Source of the DNA: Eledone cirrhosa
Taxonomy: Eukaryota
Assembly: GCA_964016885.1 (NCBI GenBank)
Contig: OZ024742.1
Location: forward strand, 109,492,001 to 109,556,000
Direction of reading: 5' to 3'
DNA: 64,000 bases
Shown: piece after piece, positions 31,985 through 45,261 of the stretch
Layout of the letters: each line of letters opens with the position of its first letter
Position numbering within the stretch: position 1 is the first letter of the stretch
Notes under the pieces: generated by a model
Databases searched by the model: none
Seen by the model: only the letters and a program-made list of their open reading frames with translations
Told to the model about the DNA's origin: nothing
Made by a program: the position numbers and the translations under genes

Positions 31985-32901
31985 CGCTATATTGGCTCCC
32001 ACTTTGAAGGGTACGCTTTTGCAATCCAGAAACAGGAGATTAGCACGAAATACCTGATTCACAAAAGAGATAGGGATGCAGGCAAAACACCTACATGTGA
32101 TAACAAGTGCAGACTCTGCAGAACTAACATCGAGGATATCACCCATGTCATCAGCAGCTGTCCAAAGATGTCATCGCGGTACTATCTACCTATGAGGCAT
32201 GATGTAGTGGCCAAAACACTGTACAATGCAGTTCGTAAAAAAGATAGCCCCGATAATAAACACATTAAAAGCTACGGCAATGTGGAAGACATCCATGTAC
32301 ATAATATGAAAGAGTACTGGTGGAATGTTCCAGTAAAAACCCCAATAAAATGCAGGCATACCAGACCAGGTATGATATGAGAAGAAAGCATGCACAGTAG
32401 TGGAAATTAGCTGCCCAGCAGATGCCAATATAATATCAAAGATTAGTGAAAAGGAGAATATTTATGCAGAACTGCTGAGAAATCTGCAGATTACACCTTC
32501 AGATTTATGCCTGTGATTATTGGGGCACTGGGATATGTTAGTAACTGCCTCAATACAAATCTTGACAAGTTAGGCTTCACATGAACAAAAAGAACACAAC
32601 TAGTTAGGAAACTACAAGTACAATCCATTAATGAAACAGTAAAAATATGTAAAACATTCCAAAAATGTTGCATCTAATAACTACATATACACATATACAG
32701 ATACAAAGCATATACACATGCACACATACAACTCAAAACATACACATCCACACATACAATAACATCCATATCTACACATGCATACATACATATCTACCTA
32801 GTTGATGTTGTGTAAATTCCAATGAGAGAGTCTTGTGTCTATGTTAGAAACCGACTCTCTATCTATTGGTAAAACTTTGTGAAATTATAAAACCAGAAGA
32901 A
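31985..32901 (+). mobile_element. 5'-truncated R4/Dong-like non-LTR retrotransposon; restriction-like endonuclease pseudogene at 31985-32677
   Basis: Translation EGYAFAIQKQEISTKY...CRLCRTNIEDITHVISSCPKMSSRYYLPMRHDVVAK...WW...RPGMI...VEISCP...PVIIGALG shows a CCHC knuckle, RHD and a degenerate PD-(D/E)xK; frameshifted; ends in (CATA)n. Confidence 0.85.
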
Positions 32902-34183
32902 CATACATACATACATACATACATACATACATACATACATACATACATACATACATACATACATACATACATACATACATACATGGTGGCTGCTAACTCG
33001 TTTTCGAGTACGTCCACTACTTTATATTCATGTAGGAGAACCCCTACCAATGCGCTGAACGAGTGTGAATTTTTAGTCCAGCTAGCGACTTGAAAACTCT
33101 GGTACAAACACTACACTTGTGACAATTATTGACACATACATACATACATACATACATAGATACATAGTGGTGGCTGCCAACTCGTTTTCGAGTACGGCCA
33201 CCACTTTATATCCATGTAGGAGAACCCCTACCGATGCACTATGGTACAAACACTACACTTGTGACAATTATTGACACAGTGCTGGGCCCATAGTACCATG
33301 TGACAACAAGTGCAGAGAGATCTCTAGATATAAAGCAATGCCTGTGCCGTGAAGCTTTTATAGTGAGCAAAGGCACTGCACAAAGCCAGTCCCACTCTCT
33401 TAACCAAGATGATATTTACCAAAAAAGAAGAACAAGTCAACATCATTGGATACCATGAGGGTTGCAAGTGTTATATCAGAGTTTTCCTTCTCCTAGAATT
33501 CTGCCCTGACAAAGGCTAAGGGGTCATCTCTCTTAAGAGCTCATTTGACAGGTTTTGTTTTTAGTCCTGCTGGATGTCCAAAGTCACCCTCCTCACCAAG
33601 AAACCTTGGTGGGGTTGCCAGTTTAGTCGCCAACGACCGACCATGAGACAGGTTGTACTGGGATACATGTTACCAGTAGCACCAACTGACATACATACAT
33701 ACATACATACATACATACATACATACATACATACATACATACATACATACATACATACATACATACATACATACATACCGGAGTACAAAAACTGATGCAT
33801 TGGTCTGGGTATATTTGATATACTTATATCGTTTCTACTTTTGGCACAAGGTCAGCAATTACTTTATTTTTTCGATATTTGATATACTAATATCAACACC
33901 CACACATAGCGATTATCTTACTGTTTAACATATGTGTGCACGCTGAGTAATGGGTTTGTTTTCTAACAACACAAGCTTTTATATCATTGAGTGAATAAGA
34001 GACAGCCGAGGCTGTACTGATTCACTTCGGCTAGCTTCCTAAATCTATATATAGGTGACTGTTGGTCTTCCACAAAAACACCTTGCCCGAGCTTGTGTAT
34101 TGGGAGGAACTTTCTAGGTGCAAATCTCGTGATCATTCGTTACCAAGAGGAGTTCTTTACCTTTATATATATATATATATATA

Positions 34184-34508
34184 TATAAACGTTTGTATAT
34201 GTATAATAAAGCCAAAACAATGCAGGTATGGACATAGAATAAAGAATGCAAATGCAAAATATATTGTTGACGAATAGCTTGCCAAGCTATTTAGAACACT
34301 GGTTTATCCGCTTTACTTCCCTCCGAAGAAGAGATATTATCTCGAAAATTAAGGACATTTAAATAAATCTAAGGTAAAAGACTAATTGTCAACAATATAT
34401 TTTGCATTTGTATTCTTTATTCTATGTCCATACCTGCATTGTCTTTATTATACATATACAAACGTTTATACCTCATTACACAATGCTTCAAGTGAACTAT
34501 AACCTCCT

Positions 34509-34512
<4 letters not shown>
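34184..34512 (+). mobile_element. PLE-type fold-back element (arms about 34184-34271 and 34388-34470) with a degenerate HHR in the spacer
   Basis: CCGAAGA-A-GAGAT-ATT-ATCTC-GAAAATT at 34323-34350; (TA)n flanks. Confidence 0.7.
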
Positions 34513-34577
<65 letters not shown>

Positions 34578-34580
<3 letters not shown>

Positions 34581-35495
34581 CCGGCCTTCGCACCTTTTTG
34601 TACTCTGCTCAAATATATTCACAGGGCACCTATTGGCAACTATCGTAATGCCCTTTTTCCTTAAAAAGGTATTTAAATATTATATAACATACATATTATA
34701 TAACAGACATATAAATATTATATAACATACTTTTAAAAAACTTATTTAGAATATCTAAATACAGTAAGTCATAAAGAAAATAATAGAAAAATATATTCTA
34801 CGAAAATTATAATACATTTACAGAACTTCATTATACACAATGTTTTTAACTTTTTTCTTTGGAGCATAGATGAAGAGTTTGTGGAGGCTCTAACTCTGGA
34901 CCAACCTACATACAATTGTTCATGTGAGAAACAGCCCTCTTCTAGACGGAGACCTACAAACTGCAGAGTTTGACCATGGTACTTGTTGATGGCCATTGCG
35001 TGACATTGCAATTGTTTAAAACAAAAAGCGACATCAGTAGATACTAGTGGCATTCTAAATATAAATGCGATGTCTCCCTCACCACATCTAGTGGGAATTT
35101 TGGTTTCGATGTTGTGAGGTTTTCGTTCAATCATAACCAAACGCATCCCATTGCATAATCTTGGCTGATCCAGGTTTCTGAGAAATATGATGACTGTTCT
35201 CTTCAATTCAAGATTGTGTGCAGGCATACGTTTCCAGACTTTTCAAAAGTTCAACACGATAATGAACAGCTGCGTCCTCGTCGACAAGTTTGTCGATAGA
35301 TGTATAGGTCGGACTACCTCCAGAAATAGCAGTAAGATCCTCCCTCAACCCCTCCCCAATTCCATTTTCGGAGAAAAAAGTCGATGGTGAACATGTCGGA
35401 GATCAGATTAGTTGAAAAGCCTTAATCATTGCCACTTTTATTTAGCGTTATTAACAGCCAACGTACAAACAAATTTCCATTTTATAAGTATATAT
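34578..35495 (-). mobile_element. Non-autonomous Helitron with a decayed PIF1-like helicase C-terminus (ORF 34769-35227)
   Basis: LRNLDQPRLCNGMRL, AMAINKYHGQTL and CFSHEQLYVGWSRV correspond to Helitron helicase motifs; homologous to 48231-49719. Confidence 0.88.
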
Positions 35496-35576
35496 ATATA
35501 CATACTTGTCTGGTTACCTCGTGTTAAACAGGTGAAACTCCAGAGTAACAACAGTCACTATTTAGCTTTAAAATGA

Positions 35577-35630
<54 letters not shown>

Positions 35631-35634
<4 letters not shown>

Positions 35635-36571
35635 TTAATATAGATGAGATTCTACAGGACTAGAACTGTTTCATTCATTAGAAATCATCAGGAATCTGGG
35701 TATCAAAAAATAAATATGGTATTTATAGGTCTCTACAAGTGGTAGGAGAGGGTGGGGAGTGGGATGGGTGCAGGTCATTGGTTGATAGAAAAGGGAATTC
35801 ATTAAAAGCTAATTCTACAAAGCTATAGTTAATTTTTATTTTTATTTATATTTATTTATGTTTTTAGAGTAACAAAGGCAGACAGAATTCTATAAACAGG
35901 TTCCGGATGGCATACCATTCCTTGTCAATAAGTTTCTCTTAAGCTAACAGATGTCTATAAAATCAGTTTTTGTGAATGTGTCTGTTGATTTTGGCATATT
36001 GTTGATTAGTTTAAGAGAAGTTCGAAGATAATAGTAAGATATGCACTCAGTATTTTGAATCTGTCTGCAGAATTCTCTAGACCTTTGTCACTTAGTAGAA
36101 CCTTAATGACTTTAGCTTTTAAAGAATCTCCCTTTTCTTTAATTCTATCGAGCATGACTGACCCCCCACTGATTTTATAGACATCTGTTAGCTTAAGAGA
36201 AACTTATTGACAAGGAATGGTATGCCATCCGGAACCTGTTTATAGAATTCTGTCTGCCTTTGTTACTCTAAAAACATAAATAAATATAAATAAAAATAAA
36301 AATTAACTATAGCTTTGTAGAATTAGCTTTTAATGAATTCCCTTTTCTATCAACCAATGACCTGCACCCATCCCACTCCCCACCCTCTCCTACCACTTGT
36401 AGAGACCTATAAATACCATATTTATTTTTTGATACCCAGATTCCTGATGATTTCTAATGAATGAAACAGTTCTAGTCCTGTAGAATCTCATCTATATTAA
36501 AACTGTTATACTCTGCTATGTATTGAGTACCTTACTTACTGTGGTTACCTCCGATTCAACCCGGAATAACG

Positions 36572-36572
<1 letters not shown>
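35631..36572. mobile_element. Young PLE-type fold-back element (arms about 35631-35967 and 36168-36503, 200-bp spacer)
   Basis: Apparently identical inverted arms of about 335 bp, each with an intact HHR; (TA)n on both sides. Confidence 0.85.
36438..36488 (+). ncRNA. Intact type I hammerhead ribozyme (mirror 35647-35697 on -)
   Basis: Stem I AGATTC/GAATCT, CTGATGA, stem II TTC-TAAT-GAA, GAA, stem III ACAG/CTGT, triplet GUA. Confidence 0.85.
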
Positions 36573-36603
<31 letters not shown>

Positions 36604-37026
36604 CACATACACACATGTGTGTGTGTGTGTGTGTGTGTGTTTATTTGTACATATATACATATATATATATATATATATATTTGGGGAGGGTCATATTTGT
36701 GTAATAATATTGCCAGAGTTAATAACAGAACACACTCACTGTTTGGTTGGTTTTCGCTTCTGTGTCTTTTATATCGGTTAATTTAATTTATTCAGTCCTC
36801 AATAATTTAGAATATATATATATACAATATATTAATAAATGGAAACTATATTTATAAAACCATATTTATTTTATTATACATATTTCAAGGGCAACCAAGG
36901 CAAATTATGGTGCGTTTTCATCAGATAAAATACAGATTTGTTTTATAAATAAATATTGATATACCCGTTATATCAGTTATAAACAATTTTAAGCTTGTTG
37001 AATCCCAACAAATTAAATATAACCTC

Positions 37027-37156
<130 letters not shown>

Positions 37157-37194
37157 GATGTGAGAAAACCCACAGACCCTCCATCTCAACTCTA

Positions 37195-37230
37195 CTTTTG
37201 AAAAGCAGAAGAACTGCGAAACCGGTAAAG
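37195..37230 (+). ncRNA. Minimal hammerhead with a U3-A8 core
   Basis: CTT-TTGAAAA-GCAG-AAGAA-CTGC-GAA-ACCGGT-A-AAG. Confidence 0.65.
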
Positions 37231-37494
37231 GAACCAAATAAATATATATATTTTTTTTTAAATAAGACTCCAGCTGCATTTTCGATTTCATCTTTTTTTA
37301 TATATATATATATATAAGGGCTATGGTGTTCGGGTCATTACCTAGCTGCTTGGTTGATCTAACAACTAGAACACTCGTCACCAAAACCGACGGCGGTCCA
37401 ACGCCCACAAAGCTATTGTTGGTTGTGGTTGTATAAGGTTTCACTCAGGATCAGAGTTCTATGATACATATAAAATAAACAAAGGAAAGTTGGA

Positions 37495-37632
37495 CGTAGA
37501 CTTGGTTGTGTGCTTAAGGCTTTCGCTTTGCAACTACGTGGTACTGGATACAGTCTGGATGTGAAGCACTGAGCACGTGTCTTCTATAGCATCGGGTTGA
37601 TAAGTGCTTAGAGAATGGAATTTCCCAAACTG
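37495..37632 (+). mobile_element. Degenerate tRNA-derived SINE; related copy at about 55930-56280 (-)
   Basis: Similar head and body (GTGTCTTCTATAGC; GGTAGACGGAAACT on the minus copy); B box GGGTTCGATCCC in the minus copy. Confidence 0.55.
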
Positions 37633-38004
37633 ATCACGAAACACCTATGAAGGTCCATACTTCAAAATAGACGCAGTAAGTATATAGAAATGGAAGGAGG
37701 GGCAGTGCATTTTCTTTAAAGTTGCAATATATTGAGAGAAAATATATCTTGAACCATCGGATACATCTAGGGTCATCAGATACATTAGGATCATCGGATG
37801 CATCTAGGGTCATCAAGTATATCTAAAATCATCAGTTGCGTCGATCAAAATTTTCCTATAGCAGAAAGGTTCACTCTTAATTGATAGATTCCTGAAATAT
37901 ATTCAGTGCATTCCCCTCAAACACAGCAACAAATAATCGGTTGGTATTCTCTCAAGTATAGTTAAGGTACACTCACATACTCTCTCTCTCACACACACAC
38001 ACAC

Positions 38005-38079
<75 letters not shown>

Positions 38080-38198
38080 TGATTGATCACACACGTTGTT
38101 CTTCTCTATAAACATTATTTCCGTTCTTCCTCTACTCACTCTACGGTGTCATTCTATTTTTGCATGCATTTCTCATTCTATCTTCCGATGAAGCACTA

Positions 38199-38265
<67 letters not shown>

Positions 38266-38266
<1 letters not shown>

Positions 38267-38448
38267 GTATGACCCCGACGGCAGAGCTCAAGCCGTTTCG
38301 ACGGCTATTTCAGTCCAGAAATAGCCGTCGAAACGGCTTGAGCTCTGCCGTCGGGGTCATACTTTTTCCTATTACCCACTCTACTACCCTAAATATTGAG
38401 TACTCTGGTACGTTATGGTCCATCTGGTTCCTTACCACAATTACTTAG

Positions 38449-38530
<82 letters not shown>

Positions 38531-38680
38531 AAGAGGGTGTGGTAAAATAAAAGATGAACTATAACGCACCAGTGTACTTAATATTTAGAGTAGTAGAGTG
38601 GGTAATAGGAAAAGAGTCAGGACCCCATTCGGATCTAGCTGTCGAAACGGCCGGAGCTCAGACGTCGGGGTCCTGACTCT

Positions 38681-38685
<5 letters not shown>
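38266..38685. mobile_element. Family A copies 3 (38266-38450, +) and 4 (38527-38685), tail to tail across one (TA)n tract
   Basis: Both carry GTCGAAACGGC...GTCGGGGTC; copy 3 has the fold-back centre CTATTTCAGTCCAGAAATAG. Confidence 0.85.
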
Positions 38686-38704
<19 letters not shown>

Positions 38705-38717
<13 letters not shown>

Positions 38718-39013
38718 TGAGGATGTTTGTCTGCGTGTGTGTGAGTTTGAATCCCTAAAACTCGAGAAGCACACAACCGACTGTTTTCAAACTTTACACT
38801 TGTAATACTTACGTTTCAGGGAGTGTTCTGAGCAAAAAGATTTCAATGTCCTAGGGACCGCATTAGGCGATTTAGCGATCTCTCTCTATAATTCTTAGTC
38901 TTTCTCTTTTTAGATAGATACATACATATAACGTCGCGCCCTTATAATATCTTCTGTATGTCTGACGGTCTGCATTACGCCACTTCCCTGAGTATGTCTG
39001 TGTGTGTGTGTGG

Positions 39014-39106
<93 letters not shown>

Positions 39107-39558
39107 TGTGAGTTTGAATCCCTAAAACTCGAGAAGTACCCAACCGACTTTTTTCAAACTTTACACGTGTATTATTTACCTTTCAGGGAGTGTTATGCAC
39201 ATTAACAAATTTAACTTTTTGATCCCCTATGGCATTAGGTGAAAAACTGCGTTTTTTTCAGGTTTTTAGGGTTTTTTGAGGGGTTACGACAGACTGATTC
39301 CTTGAAATTGTAACTATGTATTAGTCAGTCTCTTCTTCAATCCGTGAGCAAAGAAAATCTAACTTTTTTATAGCCTAGGGCCCGCATTTGGTGAAAACCT
39401 GCATTTTTCCTGCTTCATCGAGGATTATCCAGCCATCAGAGTATTCGGTTTATTTTCTTTACATATTGTCCAGGCATGCATTTTTTCCACGATTAGGTCT
39501 GTTGGCGGTCCGCGTTCCAAAATACCTTATCCCGTGCAACGCCGGGTACCACTGCTAG
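38705..39558 (+). mobile_element. Non-autonomous Helitron-like element(s) with a duplicated head
   Basis: 3' hairpin CCCGTGCAACGCCGGG then CTAG|T at 39555-39559; head GAGTTTGAATCCCTAAAACTCGAG at about 38743 and 39110. Confidence 0.7.
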
Positions 39559-39759
39559 TATATAATAAATGTAATCTGAGTTTTTCGAATATTAATAATA
39601 ATATTCGATTTGTTTGCAATTATGCAAACAAGCCTCATTTTTAAAGCCATGTCAGTCGAATGAGCCCGTCATTCTTGCTCTTGTGTTGGCATGTAAACAG
39701 AGCTGCAGACACTAATGTTTCTGGGTATTTATATATACATACATACATACATACATACA

Positions 39760-39861
<102 letters not shown>

Positions 39862-39996
39862 GCTATTATAACATGATCTGTACCTCTAATTCAAGAGGCC
39901 GGCTTTTGAGTTTGTCTGTAGAATACCCAACTGAATGCTCATCGTCGAAACTAACGAAGCATCCGTCAAGTTTAGGTAACTTTTATCGCATTATTT

Positions 39997-40390
39997 GGTG
40001 AATTGGCAGTATCGGTAGGGGGTCGGACATGCTTCCCAGCATAGTTACGTCCCTTTACGATCTGAGTTCAAATCCCGCTGAGGTTAACTTTGCCTTTCAT
40101 CCTTACGGGGTCGATAAAATAAAGTACCAGTAATGTACTGGGATAATTGCTGGCCTTGTGCCAAAAGTAGAAACAATTATTTTTGTCCTCACTAGTGTGG
40201 TAGGTTGACAGAATCGTTAAAAAGTCGAGCTAAATGCATTGCGACATTTAATTGTTAAATCTCACAGAGGTCAACTTTATATTTTATCCTTCCGAGGTCA
40301 AACAAATAAACTACCAATCATGTCCTAGGATCGATATAATCGAATTTACCATCTCTCTAAATTGCTAGCCTTGTGCCAAAATTTAGAAAA
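39997..40390 (+). mobile_element. Two tandem tRNA-derived SINE copies
   Basis: GAGTTCAAATCCCGC B box and core; the second copy is more diverged. Confidence 0.8.
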
Positions 40391-40637
40391 ATGTCTCTCA
40401 CGTGTGCACTTGTTTACATGTCACCCAGTGTATTGTGACTCTGTGCTGATATTCAGTGTCTATACTCAATCAATCCCCTTGTGTTATATGTTTCATTGCA
40501 CAGACTATTGTTCCCTCGGAGATATCTTATCAGAATATATAAAATAATAGAACTGTATTTTACGCACTTTGATGTAAGATAATAAGTAAAAGAGTTCTTT
40601 GATCTTTATATTAATCTCACTCATATCGCTGAGTATA

Positions 40638-40719
<82 letters not shown>

Positions 40720-40917
40720 CATACATACATACATGTGTGTTGTGTGCGCGCGTGTATGTATATGTACGTATGCATAATATGATGCATGTATTTATGTATA
40801 TGCATGTGCATGTACAAATATATGTATATATATAGTCCTCTTGTTTTTTTTTTGTTTTTTTTTCCGAGCAGGAGGACTTTCAAGATTTTTTTGTGCTTTG
40901 ACTGTCTTCCCATATAT

Positions 40918-41022
40918 GGACTGTACCCCTTGATAAGTTCAGCTAGACTCGCGCCGTTCGAATACTGGCGCTTAAATTCGGCTCTAGCTGTCAAAACGGC
41001 CGGAGCTCAGCCGTCGGGGTCC
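40918..41022 (+). ncRNA. Full-length family A hammerhead (U3-A8 core, extended stem II) within copy 5 (about 40860-41105)
   Basis: ACCCC-TTGATAA-G-(CAGCTAGA...TCTAGCTG)-TC-AAAAC-GGC...GCC-GTC-GGGGT. G12 is A in this copy but G in the other copies. Confidence 0.7.
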
Positions 41023-41111
41023 TGAATCTTTTCATATTACCCATTCTACTACCCCAAGTATCGAGTACTCTAGTGAGTTATGGTCTACTTAGTTTTTTAC
41101 ACCCTATATGA

Positions 41112-41176
<65 letters not shown>

Positions 41177-41181
<5 letters not shown>

Positions 41182-41426
41182 GACAGGGGGGAAGAAAAAA
41201 TGGCTTCACTTGTGCTTTCAACAAATTTATTTTCTTCACAAAATCCAAAAAGGATTTTTTTCCTTCAGATTAGAAAATTATTATTTTTTTTTTTTTTTAA
41301 TCTGAAAAAAATCCTTTTTGGATTTTGTGAAGAAAATAAATTTGTTGAAGGCACAAGTGAAGCCATTTTTTCTTCCCCCCTGTCTTAATATACCTAACTG
41401 TACCAAGGATTACACACATTTTCCAA

Positions 41427-41428
<2 letters not shown>
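41177..41428 (+). mobile_element. Fold-back element between (TA)n tracts with a degenerate HHR-like motif
   Basis: Arms about 41177-41272 and 41296-41390; GTGAAGA-A-AATAA-AT-TTGTT-GAAAG on the left arm minus strand. Confidence 0.65.
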
Positions 41429-41465
<37 letters not shown>

Positions 41466-41876
41466 TGTTATACTTTGGGAGGGTAATGTTGCCAATAAGA
41501 AACACACGCACCAGTTGCTTTCACTTCAATTTATTATATACTTATAAATTTACAAATTTATAAACTTATAAATTTCTGGTTGGTTGGTTGGTTCCACAAC
41601 CAGATAGTTGTTTATATATAGTCATAGTCCTTTCGTCACACACTCTGTGACCTCTTCAGTGAATGGGGATTCCTTTCTTTGTTTCTGTGCCTTTCCTTTG
41701 TTCTGTCCTACGCCATTTTGTTTCTGTGTGTGTGTTGTGTGCTCAGTTTGCGCATGCGCCACATCCGGGTGTCTGTGTGTGTTTATGTTCATTTATCAAT
41801 TTGTTTATTTATTTATTTATTTACATGTTATTGGTTGGTTGTTTGTTCTATGTGTGTGTGTGTTTTCATTTTGTCC

Positions 41877-42059
41877 TTAATTGTAAGTTGTGATGTTGCT
41901 GTTCCACTCATATTTTCTATTTAATTTTGGTTGTAATTCTTTTATGTTTATTGCCTCTGTAATTTGTCTAAACATTGCATCTTTTCTGTGTGTAGATTCT
42001 ATTTTTATTTCTATGTTCTCTAATTTACCCTTGTGTTCTATCTTAGCATGTTAGTAGAG
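41877..42059 (-). pseudogene. C-terminal fragment of a PLE GIY-YIG endonuclease
   Basis: Manual translation LY*HAKIEHKGKLENIEIKIESTHRKDAMFRQITEAINIKELQPKLNRKYEWNSNITTYN* aligns with the 379-579 peptide. Confidence 0.78.
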
Positions 42060-42076
42060 TAAATAAATAAATAGAG

Positions 42077-42115
<39 letters not shown>

Positions 42116-42255
42116 ACAAATAGATAAATGAACATAAACACACACAGACACCCGGATGTGGCGCATGCGCAAACTGAGCACACAACACACACACAGAAAC
42201 AAAATGGCGTAGGACAGAACAAAGAAAAGGCACAGAAACAAAGAAAGGAATCCCC

Positions 42256-42300
42256 AGTCACTGAAGAGGTCACAGAGTGTGTGACGAAAGGACTATGACT
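42256..42300 (+). ncRNA. Minimal type I hammerhead (mirror about 41620-41664 on -)
   Basis: AGTCA-CTGAAGA-G-GTCAC-AGAGTGT-GTGAC-GAA-AGGACT-A-TGACT. Confidence 0.8.
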
Positions 42301-42512
42301 ATATATAAACAACTATCTGGTTGTGGAACCAACCAACCAACCAGAAATTTATAAATTTATAAATTTGTAAATTTATAAGTATATAATAAATTGAAGTGAA
42401 AGCAACTGGTGCGTGTGTTTCTTATTGGCAACATGACCCTCCCAAAGTATAACAATATCGGTTTCAACACACGATTTCAGATAAAGAATCTTGCTAAACA
42501 AATTCAGAAACG

Positions 42513-42557
<45 letters not shown>

Positions 42558-42924
42558 AAATTGAGATAAGCGGAGCAAGCAAGATTCAAAAAATTCTTTA
42601 AAATAAATTAAAAAATATAATTTAAACAGCCCTTAGTAGAAGTGGAAGTAAACATAGACGCATTGTCTACTTCGCCACTAAAAATAGCAGCTAAATAAAA
42701 CAACAGATTTGTTCTCTACATAACGGAGAATATTAAAAGAAGTTAATATCCCCACAGGTACTAAGTACCCCTGGAAATATATAGTGTGTCTATGATACAG
42801 TGGTGTTCCATGGTATTAATTTGACACACCAGAATTATAAATTGAGATAAGCGGAGCAAGTAAAATTCAAACAATTTCTTAAAATAAATAAAAAAATATA
42901 ATTTAAATATTTACCTATTCCATT

Positions 42925-43007
42925 TGCTTTTACCGACGGTTTCACTTCACAAAAGATTGGAGATCCCTAGGGACTCCCAATGGAAAAGTTCAGATCATCA
43001 GAGAGCA
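42925..43007 (-). ncRNA. Hammerhead with extended stem II in a PLE-type fragment that has 70-bp direct repeats (about 42557 and 42837)
   Basis: Minus strand: TGCTCT-CTGATGA...TTGGGAGTCCC-TA-GGGATCTCCAA...GAA-ACC-GTC-GGT-A-AAAGCA. Confidence 0.7.
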
Positions 43008-43162
43008 TTTTCCTTTCCTAGGACAAAAAGTCCCAGGAACGGCAAAATATATTGCCACCTGCCAGCTATCACGGGATCGAATGGGGCCGAAAATTTGACC
43101 TATGCATGAATCAGCATATATATATATAGGGTTTGTGGTTTTTCTCTCAGATGCGAGAAAAA

Positions 43163-43218
<56 letters not shown>

Positions 43219-43482
43219 GTGACGAGGTCAGAAGAGAGAGTTCGGTATTTTTTCTAAATAGTACTGTCTATTGTTTCAAAAAGATTCGTCGCTCTTCTGT
43301 AACCTACTGTCAGTCGCAATTTCACTTCATCTGACTGGAACTGTGTCAGTAATTAGGTCACTGAAGAGTGATGACAGGATATGTTAATAACTAGGTCACA
43401 GTAATGTGACGAGGTCAGAGAAGTATGTCGACAGTGAAACTGTATCAGTGACCAGGCCACAGTGATGTGACAGCAGTGAAAC

Positions 43483-43858
43483 TTTTTTAATAGGCATCTG
43501 TGTTGTATAGAACACTTTTTATAAGATTGCCTCTCGTTTCTTTATGTCCTTCAATATATAGACCTGAGAATAGGTATATATATATGTGTGTATCTGACTG
43601 ATAAAATGACAAGTCAGTCAATCATTTCGGTGGCCTCCCCACAGCCCCGGCGTACAGAATGGAGAAGGCGTTTCCCCGGAGGACGGCAAGGGAGACGCGC
43701 TGGCAAAGCCATTCCAGCTCGCGAGACTCACACCTGCGGCTGGCCAGCTCAGCGCCTATGGTGGTGAGTGGGGAGGTAGCCCCACTGCCACGGGTACATC
43801 CGCAAACCTGTCGTCAGTAATTTGGTTGCCAACGTGAGACGACAATTATATTGTTTCG
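43483..43858 (-). mobile_element. 3' fragment of a CRE-like restriction-endonuclease non-LTR retrotransposon
   Basis: The minus strand to the stop at 43622-43624 reads TTIGAELASRRCESRELEWLCQRVSLAVLRGNAFSILYAGAVGRPPK*. It has an A-rich end and a possible 15-bp target duplication GTGAC(AG/GA)CAGTGAAA. Confidence 0.65.
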
Positions 43859-44289
43859 GTGACGACAGTGAAAGTGTGACAGGAACTACGTCACTGTCAA
43901 AGTGTATGAGTAAGTAGGTCAGCGAATAAAACGTCCTTTTCGAGGCCAGAAGAGTGGATTTAACTTTGAACCGGTGAACAATCTTCGCATTTTCTGGTGG
44001 TCAGGAATAATTGTTTCTACTTTTGGCACAAGGCCAGCAATTATCCCAGTGTATTACTGGTACTTTACTTTATCCACCCCGTAAGGATAAAAGGCAAAGT
44101 TAACCTCGGCGGGATTTGAACTCAGACCATAAAGGTCCGTAACTCTTTGCTGCAAAGCATGGCGTCCGACCCTCTACGGCCAATCAACAGGAATAATGGT
44201 CCTAAAACAATGGATTAATAATTACCTTTGTCCTTTTATTCTTTCATTGTTCAAAATAATATATTTGATTCTGTAGTTTCAATACTCAC

Positions 44290-44491
44290 AGACTTTTGGA
44301 AATCATAGTACCACACAAGTGGATGGCACTCTGTATCAATTGTTTATACACATCAGCACTAAATGAGTTTTAATATCGTTGAACGCCATGTTTTTAAGGC
44401 GATGTACAATTTGTTTCCGTCTCCAGGGTTTACTATTAGTCGATCAAGGTTGATGCTTCTAACTTTCAAATCATCCTGTCGCTTAATGGTT
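44290..44491 (-). pseudogene. Candidate decayed exon of an unidentified gene
   Basis: Acceptor TTTAGTTTTAG and donor GTGAGT; open frame except for one frameshift: TIKRQDDLKVRSINLDRLIVNPGDGNKLYIALKTWRSTIL/NSFSADVYKQLIQSAIHLCGTMISKS. Confidence 0.3.
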
Positions 44492-44565
44492 CTAAAACTA
44501 AATTGTTTACATATGTGTATATGTGTGTATGAGTGAGTATGCTTATATATATATATATATATATA

Positions 44566-44866
44566 TGTCGGAAAAGTCCAGGAAAAAAGAGTGCTCTATG
44601 TAGGTAGCAGAGCTTAATAGTTATGTAATAAACAACATAAGGCAATTATTTCATTTACCAGTGGTTTCTTAAAAGCAAACAAATTTTGCTTTCAATCATC
44701 ACAATGAAAAAATCCCGGTGTATTTATTGGCATAGGCTTTTAAAATCCAATGCCAATAAATACACCGGGATTTTTTCATTGTGATGATTGAAAGCAAAAT
44801 TTGTTTGCTTTTAAGAAACCACTGGTAAATGAAATAATTGCCTTATGTTGTTTATTACATAACTAT
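44566..44866. mobile_element. PLE-type fold-back element (arms 44618-44733 and 44750-44866) with an HHR at 44774-44834
   Basis: TTTCATT-GTGATGA-stem II AAAGCAAA/TTTGCTTT-GAA-ACCACTGGT-A-AATGAAA; position 3 is G in both arms. Confidence 0.8.
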
Positions 44867-44882
44867 ATATATATATATATAT

Positions 44883-45057
44883 AGCGAAGGAAATGTGGTA
44901 AAGAACCAGATGGACCATATCGCACCAAAGTACTCAATACTTAGGGTAGTAGAGTGGGTAATAGGAACGAGTAGGACCCCGACGGCTGAGCTCAAGCCGT
45001 TTCGACGGTTAATTCTGGACGGTTTGAGCTCAGCCGTCGGGGTCCTACTCATTCCTA
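44883..45057 (-). mobile_element. Family A copy 6
   Basis: Same long arm and inverted short arm ending at CCTA-(TA)n. Confidence 0.85.
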
Positions 45058-45069
45058 TATATATTTATA

Positions 45070-45114
<45 letters not shown>

Positions 45115-45157
45115 CATGCAGACATATGAATACACACATATATATGCAAACACACAC

Positions 45158-45261
<104 letters not shown>

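Larger units (their letters stand above)
41462..42515. mobile_element. PLE fold-back element related to 1-1340 (arms about 41462-41824 and 42060-42458)
   Basis: Inverted arms with an HHR, an endonuclease fragment in the spacer, and terminus ATGACCCTCCC...AACAATATC...ACACACGATTTCA shared with 1269-1315. Confidence 0.88.

Noticed and set aside
35968-36167. Coding remnant in the palindrome spacer
   Set aside because: Short open frames exist on the minus strand but I recognise no motif.
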